In this document: positions 44,173 to 56,500 of the stretch, piece after piece | Position numbering within the stretch: the stretch's first letter is position 1 | Layout: each line of letters begins with the position of its first letter | Assembly: GCF_964355755.1 (NCBI RefSeq) | Contig: NW_027306096.1 | Span: 72,001 to 136,000 of the forward strand | Reading direction: 5' to 3' | DNA from: Antedon mediterranea | Taxonomy: Eukaryota > Animalia > Echinodermata | DNA length: 64,000 bases | Notes under the pieces: generated by a model | Told to the model about the DNA's origin: nothing | What the model saw: the letters and a program-made list of their open reading frames with translations, nothing else | Database searches by the model: none | Made by a program: the position numbers and the translations under genes

Positions 44173-44691
44173 ACAAAATTCATTTTGTCGCGACTAAACG
44201 AATTTTGTTGCAACAAAACGAATTTTGTCTACACAGAATAAATTTTGTCTACACAGAATGAATTTTGTCTACACAGAATGAATTTTGTCTACACAGAATA
44301 AATGTTGTCTACACAGAATACATTTTGTCGCCACAAAATGAATTTTGTCCACACAGAATTAATTTTGTCTACACAGAATTAATTTTGTCTACACAAAATG
44401 AATTTTGTCGTTACAGAATGAATTTTGTCGCCACAAAATGAATTTTGTCGTTACAGAATGAATTTTGTCTACACAGAATGAATTTTGTCAACACAGAATT
44501 AATTTTGCATACAAAGAATGAATTTTGTTTACACAGAATTAATTTTGTCAAGACAAAATGAATTTTGTCAAGACAAAATTAATTTTGTCCACACAGAATA
44601 AATTTTTGTCAACACAAAATGAATTTTGTCAATACAAAATTAATTTTGTGTTGACAAAATTCATTCTGTGTAGACAAAATTCATTCTGTAA
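44173..44691. repeat. 20-bp quasi-palindromic minisatellite (AATTTTGTCTACACAGAATG-like), about 25 units, terminal units inverted
   Basis: Exact 20-bp register visible across 44201-44600. Units such as AATTTTGTCAAGACAAAATG are self-complementary. After 44642 the units read as the reverse complement (CATTCTGTGTAGACAAAATT). Confidence 0.95.
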
Positions 44692-44925
44692 CAAACAACG
44701 TAATTTTGATTAATTAATCAGTTTTTAATTAATATTTCCAAAAGCAGAAGTTAGTGATTATCGCCCACAAACACAGAAGGTACGATTGGTGTCTAACGCC
44801 GACTATGGGTGTTCAATGCATGTCCCCAGGGGTTTCAAACGCCGCCCGTGGCACTAAGAGATATCTTTCAAGTAGCGTACTGGTTGCGCTTCATTGTTCC
44901 TAGATTGCATTAACCAAATTTCTTC

Positions 44926-45324
44926 GATCTATCTCTCTCTCTCGCTGATCTATCTCTCTCGCTGATCTATCTCTCTCTCGCTGATCTATCTCTCTCTCTC
45001 GCTGAGCTATCTCTCTCTCGCTGATCTATCTCTCTCTCGCTGATCTATCTCTCTCTCGCTGATCTATCTCTCTCTCGCTGATCTATCTCTCTCTCTTGCT
45101 GATCTATCTCTCTCTCTCTCGCTGATCTATCTCTCTCTCGCTGATCTATCTCTCTCTCACTGATCTATCTCTCTCTCACTGATCTATCTCTCTCTCACTG
45201 ATCTATCTCTCTCTCGCTGATCTATCTCTCTCTCTCGCTGATCTATCTCTCTCTCGCTGATCTATCTCTCTCTCGCTGATCTATCTCTCTCTCTCTCGCT
45301 GATCTATCTCTCTCTCGCTGATCT
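44926..45324. repeat. Compound micro/minisatellite [GCTGATCTA(TC)n], about 20 units of roughly 17-23 bp
   Basis: Repeated GCTGATCTA followed by a variable number of TC dinucleotides. It directly abuts the right satellite arm. Confidence 0.96.
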
Positions 45325-46438
45325 AATAGCTTCAAAACGGATTTGGAGACGTTTTAGACCATTGTGTGCATTTCTATGAAACTTTTCACACAAAAACATC
45401 AAAGTGCACAAAATAGCTTCAAATCGCATTTGGAGAACGTTTTAGACCATTTTGTGCATTTCGATGAAACTTGGTTACAAAAAAACATCAAAGTGCTTAA
45501 AATCACATCTGAAACCGTTTTAGACCATTTTGAGCAATTCTATAAAACTTTTAACAAAAAACGTTTTAGACCATTTTGTGCATTTCGATGAAACTTGATT
45601 ACATAAAAACATCAAAGTGCTTAAAATCACATTTGAAACCGTTTTAGAACATTTTGAGCATTTCGAAAAAACTTGTTAACATAAAAACACCAAAGTGCTT
45701 AGAATAGCTTCAAAACGGATTTTGAGGCGTTTTAGACCATTTTGTGCATTTCGATGAAACTTTTAACACAAAACATCAAAGTGCACAAAATAGCTTCAAA
45801 TCGCATTTGGAGAACGTTTTAGACCATTTTGTGCATTTCGATGAAACTTGGTTACAAAAAAACATCAAAGTGCTTAAAATCACATCTGAAACCGTTTTAG
45901 ACCATTTTGAGCAATTCTATAAAACTTTTAACAAAAAACGTTTTAGACCATTTTGTGCATTTCGATGAAACTTGATTACATAAAAACATCAAAGTGCTTA
46001 AAATCACATTTGAAACCGTTTTAGAACATTTTGAGCATTTCGAAAAAACTTGTTAACATAAAAACACCAAAGTGCTTAGAATAGCTTCAAAACGGATTTT
46101 GAGGCGTTTTAGACCATTTTGTGCATTTCGATGAAACTTTTAACACAAAACATCAAAGTGCACAAAATAGCTTCAAATCGCATTTGGAGGCGTTTTAGAC
46201 CATTTTGTGCATTTCGATGAAACTTTTCACACAAAAACATGTGCATACAATAGCTTAATATCGTATTTGGAGACGTTTTAGACCATTTTGTGCAATTCGA
46301 TGAAACTTTTCACACAAAAACATCAAAGTGCACAAAATAGCTTTAAATCGCATTTGGAGACGTTTTAGACCATTTTGAGCATTTCGATGAAACTTTTTTT
46401 ACAAAAAAACAAAGTGCATACAACAGCTTAATATCGTA
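45325..46438 (-). repeat. Satellite DNA, right arm (inverted), segment 1; includes a 377-bp tandem duplication
   Basis: Reverse complement of the left-arm monomer (GGAGACGTTTTAGACCATTTTGTGCATTTCGATGAAAC...). The variant TGGAGAACGT and its following sequence recur 377 bp later. Confidence 0.96.
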
Positions 46439-47523
46439 GACAAGCAATCATTGTGGGTGATTTGATGTCTGATGAGTTCGCTCTACTCTGGGGTGTACCA
46501 CAGGGATCCGTAAAAGGTCCACTCGATTTCATCTTATACACTGGACCACTCAGCAACATCATTGATTCCCACCCGGAAGTTCGTCATATGATCTATGCAG
46601 ATGACACTCAACTATATTTAATCATGAAACCTACACATCACTCTGAATCTGTTAACAGCCTTGAATCATGCATTGCAGATGTTCGCTCATGGGCCATTCA
46701 AAATAAACTCATGCTCAACGACTCCAAGACTGAAATGATCCATTTTCATTCAAAGTTCCGTGAGGCATCATCATTTCCTTTGGTCCATATCGGAGATACT
46801 AGTGTCTCTACCTCCAGCTCAGCCAGAAATCTAGGCGTCCAACTAGACAACAGCCTCGGTTTAAAAGAACACATTCGTAATGTTTGCCGTGGTGCTTCCT
46901 TTGGAATTTACCAGATCGGCCAGATTCGTAAGTACCTTGACAAAACATCAACTGAACGTCTTGTTCATGCTTTTGTTTCATCTCGTCTGGACTGTAATAA
47001 CTCGCTTCTGTACGGCCTACCAACTTCTTATCTGTCTCCTCTTCAACGAATTCAAAATTCCGCCGCAAGACTTATCACTGGCACTAAACGACATGAACAT
47101 ATTTCTCCCGTTTTACGTGACTTACACTGGTTGCCTGTTGATCAGCGCATTCGTTTTAAAATCCTGTTGCTGACATATAAGGCCATCAACGGATGTGCTC
47201 CAGCCTACATATGTGAAATCATTACTCCGTCAACCAACTCTTCGCTTCGTTCATCCAGCAGACTTCTTCTAAAACCTGGACCCCGTTCCAGAACTCGGTT
47301 TTACGGTGATCGTGCTTTCGCTGTCGCAGCCCCAAAACTCTGGAACACTCTACCACTCGAAATACGCTCATCAAAATCTGTTATCACATTTAAAACTAAA
47401 CTCAAAACTCATCTCTTCAGAGAAGCATAATCGCACGCTACTACTTGCACTGATCTTGGAAAACACAGCACTTTGAAACCTTTGTCTCTTGCGCTTTATA
47501 AATGTTATTTATTATTATTATTA
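46439..47523 (+). mobile_element. 5'-truncated non-LTR retrotransposon (LINE, CR1/L2 group, most like L2)
   Basis: C-terminal half of an RT ORF, a short 3' UTR with AGCACTTTGA...GCGCTTTATAAAT (resembling L2 3' ends) and a (TTA)n tail at about 47505-47523. Flanked by the 11-bp direct repeat TTAATATCGTA at 46428-46438 and 47524-47534. Confidence 0.94.
46453..47430 (+). pseudogene. LINE ORF2 fragment: reverse transcriptase domains 4-7 plus C-terminal region; frame open, N-terminus lost by 5' truncation
   Basis: Motifs GVPQGSVKGP (canonical GVPQGSxLGP), IYADDTQLY (YADD), LNDSKTE, RNLGV, SRLDCNNSLL and LRDLHWLPV. The frame continues upstream of the GTG to the insertion junction, so the GTG is not a true start. 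No endonuclease domain is present. Confidence 0.93.
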
Positions 47524-50500
47524 TTAATATCGTATTTGGAGACGTTTTAGACAATTTTGTGCATTTCGATGAAACTTTTCACACAAAACAACAAAGTGCA
47601 CAAAATAGCTTCAAATCGCATTTGGAGACGTTTTAGACCATTTTTTGCGTTTCATTACACAAAACATCAAAGTGCACAAAATAGCTTCAAATCGCATTTG
47701 GAGACGTTTTAGACCATGTTGTGCATTTCGAAAAAACTTGATTACACAAAAATATCAAAGTGCTTAAAATCACATTTGAAACCGTTTTAGACCTTTTTGA
47801 GCATTTCGATAAAACTTTTCACACAAAACTTTAAAGTGCACAAAATAGCATCAAATCGCATTTGGAGACGTTTTAGACCATTTTGTGCATTTCGATGAAA
47901 CTTGATTACACAAAAATATCAAAGTGCTTAAAATCACATTTGAAACCGTTTTAGACCATTTTGAGCATTTCGATAAAACTTTTCACACAAAACATTAAAG
48001 TGCACAAAATAGTATCAAATTGCATTTGGAGACGTTTTAGACCATTTTGAGCATTTCGATGAAACTTGATTACACAAAAGTATCAAAGTGCTTAAAATCA
48101 CATTTGAGACCGTTTTAGACCATTTTGAGCATTTCGATAAAACTTTTCACACAAAAACATCAAAATACATACAATAGCTTAATATCGTATTTGGAGACGT
48201 TTTAGAACATTTTATGCATTTCGATAAAACTTTTCAAACAAAACATCAAAGTGCACAAAATAGCTTCAAATCGTATTTGGAGACGTTTTAGACCATTTTG
48301 TGCATTTCGATCAAACTTTTCACACAAAAACATCAATGTACACAAAATAGCTTCAAATTGCATTTAGAGACGTTTTAGACCATTTTGTGAATTTCGATGA
48401 AACTTTTCACACAAAAACATCAAAGTGCACAAAATAGCTTCAAATCGCAATCGGAGACGTTTTAGACCATTTTGAGCATTTCGATGAAACTTTTCACACA
48501 AAAACAAAAAAAGTGCATACAATAGCTTAATATCGTATTAGGAGACGTTTTAGACAATTTTGTGCATTTCGATGAAACTTTTCACACAAAACAACAAAGT
48601 GCACAAAATAGCTTCAAATCGCATTTGGAGACGTTTTAGACCATTTTGTGCGTTTCATTACACAAAACATCAAAGTGCACAAAATAGCTTCAAATCGCAA
48701 TCGGAGACGTTTTAGACCATGTTGTGCATTTCGAAAAAACTTGATTACACAAAAATATCAAAGTGCTTAAAATCACATTTGAAACTGTTTTAGACCATTT
48801 TGAGCATTTCGATAAAACTTTTCACACAAAACATTGAAGTGCACAAAATAGCTTTAAATCGCATTTGGAGACGTTTTAGATTTTTTTGTGAATTTCGATG
48901 AAACTTGGTTACACAAAAACATCAAAGTGCTTAAAATCACATTTGAAACCGTTTTATACCATTTCGAGCATTTCTATAAAACTTTTGACACAAAACATCA
49001 AAGTGCACAAAAGAGCTTCAAATCGCAATCGGAGACGTTTTAGACCATGTTGTGCATTTCGAAAAAACTTGATTACACAAAAATATCAAAGTGCTTAAAA
49101 TCACATTTGAAACCGTTTTAGACAATTTTGAGCATTTCAATAAAACTTTTCACACAAAACATTAAAGTGCACAAAATAGCAAACTTTTTACACAAAACAT
49201 CAAAGTGCACAAAAGAGCTCCAAATCGCATTCGGAGACGTTTTAGACCATTTTGTGCATTTCTAAAAAACTTTTCACTCAAAAACATCAAAGTGCATACA
49301 ATAGCTTAATGTCGTATTTGGAGACGTTTTAGACAATTTTGTGCATTTCGATGAAACTTTTCAAACAAAAACATCAAAGTGCTTCAAATCGCGTTTTGAG
49401 AGGTTTTAGACAATTTTGTACATTTCGATGAAACTGGATTACACAAAACATCAAAGTGCACAAAATAGCTTCAAATCGCCTTTGCAGCCGTTTTAGACCA
49501 TTTTGTGCATTTCGATGAAACTTGATTACACAAAAACATCAAAGTGCTTAAAATCTCATTTGAAACCGTTTTAGACCATTTTGAGCATTTCGATAAAACT
49601 TTTGACACAAAACATCAAAGTGCACAAAAGAGCTCCAAATCGCATTTGGAGACGTTTTAGACCATTTTGTGCATTTCGATGAAACTTTTCACACAAAAAC
49701 ATCAAAGTGCACAAAATAGCTTCAAATCGCATTTGCAGACGTTTTAGACAATTTTGTGCATTTCGATGAAACTTTTTACACAAAACCATCAAAGTGCACA
49801 AAATAGCTTCAAATCGCATTTGCAGACGTTTTAGACAATTTTGTGCATTTCGATGAAACTTGATTACACAAAAATATCAAAGTGCTTAAAATCACATTTG
49901 AAACCGTTTTAGACCATTTTGAGCATTTCGATAAAACTTTTCACACAAAACATGAAAGTGCACAAAATAGCTTCAAATCGCATTTTCAGACGTTTTAGAC
50001 CATTTTGTGCATTTCGATGAAACTTGATTACACAAAAACATCAAAGTGCTTAAAATCACATTTGAAACCGTTTTAGACCATTTTGAGCATTTCGATAAAA
50101 CTTTTCACACAAAACATGAAAGTGCACAAAATAGCTTCAAATCGCATTTGCAGACGTTTTAGACCATTTTACATCAAATTGCTTAAAATCACATTTGAAA
50201 CCGTTTTAGACCATTTTGAGCATTTCGATAAAACTTTTCACACAAAACATCAAAGTGCACAAAATAACTTCAAATCGCATTTAGAGACGTTTTAGACCAT
50301 TTTGTGCATTTCGTGAAAACTTTTCAGACAAAAACAACAAAGTGCATACAATAGCTTAATATCATATTTGGAGACGTTTTAGACCATTTTCTGCATTTCG
50401 ATGAAACTTTTCACACAAAAACATCAAAGTGCACAAAATAACTTCAAATCGCATTTAGAGACGTTTTAGACAATTTTGTGCATTTCGTCAAAACTTTTCA

Positions 50501-53500
50501 GACAAAAACAACAAAGTGCATACAATAGCTTAATATCATATTTGGAGAGGTTTTAGACCATTTTGTGCATTTCGATGAAACTTTTCACACAAAAACATCA
50601 AAGTGCACAAAATATCTTCAAATCGCATTTGGAGACGTTTTAGACCATTTTGTGCATTTCTATGAAACTTTTCACACAAAAACATCAAAGTGCACACAAT
50701 ATCTTCAAATCGCATTTGGAGACGTTTTAGACCATTTTGTGCATTTCAATGAAACGTTTCACACAAAACAACAAAGTTCACAAAATAGCTTCAAATCGCA
50801 TTTGGAGACGTTTTAGACCATTTTGTGCATTTCGATGAAACTTGGTTAAACAAAAATATCAAAGTGCTTAAAATCACATTTGAAACCGTTTTAGACCATT
50901 TTGTGCATTTCTATAAAACTTTTTACACAAAACATCAAAGTGCACAAAAGAGCTTCAAATCGTATTTGGAGACGTTTTAGACCATTTTGTGCATTTCGAA
51001 AAAACTTGTTAACATAAAAACATCAAAGTGCTTAGATTAGCTTCAAAACGGATTTGGAGACGTTTTAGACCATTTTGTGCATTTTGGTTAAACTTTTCAC
51101 ACAAAACATCAAAGTGCACAATATAGCTTCAAATCGCATTTGGAGACGTTTTAGACCATTTTGTGCGTTTCATTACACAAAACATCAAAGTGCACAAAAT
51201 AGCTTCAAATTGCATTTGGAGACGTTTTAGACCATTTTGTGCATTTTGGTGAAACTTTTCACACAAAAACATCAAAGTGAACAAAATAGCTTCAAATCGT
51301 ATTTGGAGACGTTTTAGACAATTTTGTGCATTTCGATGAAAATTTTCACACAAAACAACAAAGTGCACAAAATAGCTTCAAATCGCATTTGGAGACGTTT
51401 TAGACCATTTTGTGCGTTTCATTACACAAAACATCAAAGTGCACAAAATAGCTTCAAATCGCATTTGGAGACGTTTTAGACCATGTTGTGCATTTCCAAA
51501 AAACTTGAATACACAAAAATATCAAAGTGCTTAAAATCACATTTGAAACCGTTTTAGACCATTTTGAGCATTTCTATAAAACTTTTCACACAAAACATTA
51601 AAGTGCTTAAAATCACATTTGAAAACGTTTTAGACCATTTCGAGCATTTCTATAAAGCTTTTTACACAAAACATCAAAGTGCACAAAAGAGCTCCAAATC
51701 GCATTTGGAGACGTTTTAGACCATTTTGTGCATTTCGAAAAAACTTTCACACAAAAACATCAAAGTGCATACAATAGCTTAATATCGTATTTGGAGACGT
51801 TTTAGACAATTTTGTGCATTTCGATGAAACTTTTCACACAAAAACATCAAAGTGCACAAAATAGCTTCAAATCGCATTTTGAGAGGTTTTAGACAATTTT
51901 GTACATTTCGATGAAACTGGATTACACAAAACATCAAAGTGCACAAAATAGCTTCAAATCGCATTTGCAGACGTTTTAGACCATTTTGTGCATTTCGATC
52001 AAACTTTTCACACAAAAACATCAATGTGCACAAAATAGCTTCAAATCGCATTTAGAGACGTTTTCGACCATTTTGTGCATTTCGATGAAACTTTTCACAC
52101 AAAAAACTCAAAGTGCACAAAATAGCTTCAAATCGCATTTGGAGACGTTTTAGACCATTTTGAGCATTTCGATGAAACTTTTCACAAAAAAACAACAAAG
52201 TGCATACAATAGCTTTATCGTATTTGGAGACGTTTTAGACAATTCTGTGCGTTTCGATGAAACTTGTCACAAAAAACAACAAAGTGCACAAAATAGCTTC
52301 AAATCGCATTTAGAGACGTTTTAGACCATTTTGTGCATTTCGATGAAACTTTTCACACAAAAACATCAAAGTGCACAAAATAGCTTCAAATCGCATTTGG
52401 AGAGGTTTTAGACCATTTTGAGCATTTCGATGAAACTTTTCACACAAAAACAACAAAGTGCATACAATAGCTTAATATCGTATTTGGAGACGTTTAAGAC
52501 AATTTTGTGCGTTTCGATGAAACTTTTCACAAAAAACAACAAAGTGCACAAAATAGCTTCAAATCGCATTTGGAGACGTTTTAGACCATGTTGTGCATTT
52601 CGAAAAAATTTGATTACACAAAAATATCAAAGTGCTTAAAATCACATTTGAAACCGTTTTAGACAATTTTGTGCATTTCGAAAAAACTTTTCACACAAAA
52701 ACATCAAAGTGCACAAAATAGCTTCAAATCGCATTTTGAGAGGTTTTAGACAATTTTGTACATTTCGATGAAACTGGATTACACAAAACATCAAAGTGCA
52801 CAAAATGGCTTCAAATCGCATTTGCAGACGTTTTAAACCATTTTGTGCATTTCGATGAAACTTGATTACACAAAAACATCAAAGTGCTTAAAATCACATT
52901 TGAAACAGTTTTAGACCATTTTGAGAATTTCGATAAAACTTTTCACACAAAACATTAAAGTGCACAAAATAGCTTTAAATCGCATTTGCAGACGTTTTAG
53001 ACCATTTTGTGCATTTCGATGAAACTTGATTACACAAAAATATCAAAGTGCTTAAAATCACATTTGAAACCGTTTTAGACGATTTTGAGCATTTCGATAA
53101 AACTTTTCACACAAAACATTAAAGTGCACAAAATAGCTTTAAATCGCATTTGGAGACGTTTTAGACCATTTTGTGCATTTCGATGAAACTTTTCACACAA
53201 AAACATCAAAGTGCACAAAATAGCTTCAAATCGCATTTGGAGACGTTTTAGACCATGTTGTGCATTTCGAAAAAACTTGATTACACAAAAACATCAAAGT
53301 GCTTAAAATCACATTTGAAACCGTTTTAGACCATTTTGAGAATTTCGATAAAACTTTTCACACAAAACATTAAAGTGCACAAAATAGCTTTAAATTGCAT
53401 TTGCAGACGTTCTAGACCATTTTGTGCATTTCTATGAAACTTGGTTAAACAAAAATATCAAAGTGCTTAAAATCACATTTGAAACCGTTTTAGACCATTT

Positions 53501-56500
53501 TGTGAATTTCTATAAAACTTTTTACACAAAACATCAAAGTGCACAAAATAGCTTCAAATCGCATTTGGAGACGTTTTAGACCATTTTGTGCGTTTCATTA
53601 CACAAAACATCAAAGTGCACAAAATAGCTTCAAATCGCATTTGGAGACGTTTTCGACCATTTTGTGCATATTGATGAGACTTTTCACACAAAAACATCAA
53701 TGTGCATACAAAAGCTTATTATCGTATTTGGAGACGTTTTTGACTATTTTGTGCATTTCGATGAAACTTTTCACACAAAAACAACAAAGTGCATACAATA
53801 GCTTAATATCGTATTTGGAGACGTTTTAGACCATTTTGTGCATTTCGATCAAACTTTTCACACAAAAACATCAATGTGCACAAAATAGCTTCAATTCGCA
53901 TTTAGAGACGTTTTAGACCATTTTGTGCATTTCGATGAAACTTTTCACACAAAAACATCAAAGTGCACAAAATAGCTTAAAATCGCATTTGGAGAGGTTT
54001 TAGACCATTTTGAGCATTTCGATGAAACTTTTCACACAAAAACAACAAAGTGCATACAATAGCTTAATATCGTATTTGGAGACGTTTAAGACAATTTTGT
54101 GCGTTTCGATGAAACTTTTCACAAAAAACAACAAAGTGCACAAAATAGCTTCAAATCGCATTTGGAGACGTTTTAGACCATGTTGTGCATTTCGAAAAAA
54201 TTTGATTACACAAAAATATCAAAGTGCTTAAAACCACATTTGAAACCGTTTTAGACAATTTTGTGCATTTCGAAAAAACTTTTCACACAAAAACATCAAA
54301 GTGCACAAAATAGCTTCAAATCGCATTTTGAGAGGTTTTAGACAATTTTGTACATTTCGATGAAACTGGATTACACAAAACATCAAAGTGCACAAAATGG
54401 CTTCAAATCGCATTTGCAGACGTTTTAAACCATTTTGTGCATTTCGATGAAACTTGATTACACAAAAACATCAAAGTGCTTAAAATCACATTTGAAACAG
54501 TTTTAGACCATCTTGAGCATTTCGATAAAACTTTTCACACAAAACATTAAAGTGCACAAAATAGCTTTAAATCGCATTTGGAGACGTTTTAGACCATTTT
54601 GTGCATTTCGATGAAACTTTTCACACAAAAACATCAAAGTGCACAAAATAGCTTCAAATCGCATTTGGAGACGTTTTAGACCATTTTGTGCATTTCGATG
54701 AAACTTGGTTAAACAAAAATATCAAAGTGCTTAAAATCACATTTGAAACCGTTTTAGACCATTTTGTGAATTTCTATAAAACTTTTTACACAAAACATCA
54801 AAGTGCACAAAATAGCTTCAAATCGCATTTGGAGACGTTTTAGACCATTTTGTGCGTTTCATTACACAAAACATCAAAGTGCACAAAATAGCTTCAAATC
54901 GCATTTGGAGACGTTTTCGACCATTTTGTGCATATTGATGAGACTTTTCACACAAAAACATCAATGTGCATACAAAAGCTTATTATCGTATTTGGAGACG
55001 TTTTTGACTATTTTGTGCATTTCGATGAAACTTTTCACACAAAACCATCAAAGTGCACAAAATAGCTTCAAATCGCATTTGGAGACGTTTGAGACCATTT
55101 TGTGCATTTCGATTAAACTTGATTACACAAAAATATCAAAGTGCTTAAAATCACATTTGAAACCGTTTTAGACCATTTTCAGCATTTCGATAAAACTTTC
55201 ACACAAAACATCAAAGTGCACAAAATAACTTCAAATCGCATTTAGAGACGTTTTAGAAAATGTTGTGCATTTCGTGAAAACTTTTCAGACAAAAACATCA
55301 AAGTACATACAATAGGTTCAAATCGCATTTGGAGACGTTTTAGACCATTTTGTGCATTTCGATGAAACTTTTCACACAAAACATAAAAGTGCACAAAATA
55401 GCTTCAAATCGCATTTGGAGACGTTTTAGACCATGTTGTGCATTTCGAAAAAACTTGATTACACAAAAATATCAAAGTGCTTAAAATCACATTTGAAATC
55501 GTTTTAGACCATTTTGAGCATTTCGATAAAACTTTTCACACAAAACATTAAAGTGCTTAAAATCACATTTGAAAACGCTTTAGACCATTTCGAGCATTTC
55601 CATAATACTTTTTACACAAAACATCAAACTACACAAAAGAACTCCAAATCGCATTTGGAGACGTTTTAGACCATTTTGTGCATTTCGAAAAAACTTTTCA
55701 CTCAAAAACATAAAAGTGGATACAATAGCTTAATATCGTATTTGGAGACGTTTTAGACAATTTTGTGCATTTCGATGAAACTTTTCACACAAAAACATCA
55801 AAGTGCACAAAATAGCTTCAAATCGCATTTTGAGAGGTTTTAGACAATTTAGTACATTTCGATGAAACTGGATTACACAAAACATCAAAGTGCACAAAAT
55901 AGCTTCAAATCGCATTTGCAGACGTTTTAAACCATTTTGTGCATTTCGATGAAACTTGATTACACAAAAACATCAAAGTGCTTAAAATCACATTTGAAAC
56001 CGTTTTAGACCATTTTGAGCATTTCGATAAAACTTTTCACACAAAACATTAAAGTGCACAAAATAACTTTAAATCGCATTTGGAGACGTTTTAGATTTTT
56101 TTGTGCATTTCGATGAAACTTGGTTACACAAAAACATCAAAGTGCTTAAAATCACATTTGAAACCGTTTCAGACCATTTCGAGCATTTCTATAAAACTTT
56201 TGACACAAAACATCAAAGTGCACAAAAGAGCTCCAAATCGCATTTGGAGACGTTTTAGACCATTTTGTGTATTTCGAAAAAACTTTTCACACAAAAACAA
56301 CAAAGTGCATACAATAGCTTAATATCGTATTTGGAGACGTTTTAGACCATTTTGTGCATTTTGGTGAAACTTTTCACACAAAACAACAAAGTGCACAAAA
56401 TAGCTTCAAATCGCATTTAGAGACGTTTTAAACCATTTTGTGCATTTCGATGAAACTTTTCACACAAAAACATCAAAGTGCACAAAATAGCTTCAAATCG

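Larger units (their letters stand above)
43710..45324. other. Non-satellite island at the orientation switch of the array
   Basis: No 87-bp monomers. It contains a unique AT-rich stretch (43710-44172), a minisatellite, a unique stretch (about 44692-44925) and a compound microsatellite. The satellite resumes as the reverse complement at 45325. Confidence 0.93.

Noticed and set aside
47560-47585. CENP-B box in the monomer (TTCGATGAA...)
   Set aside because: It matches only the TTCG-N4-A half. The required CGGG is absent (ACTTTT follows).
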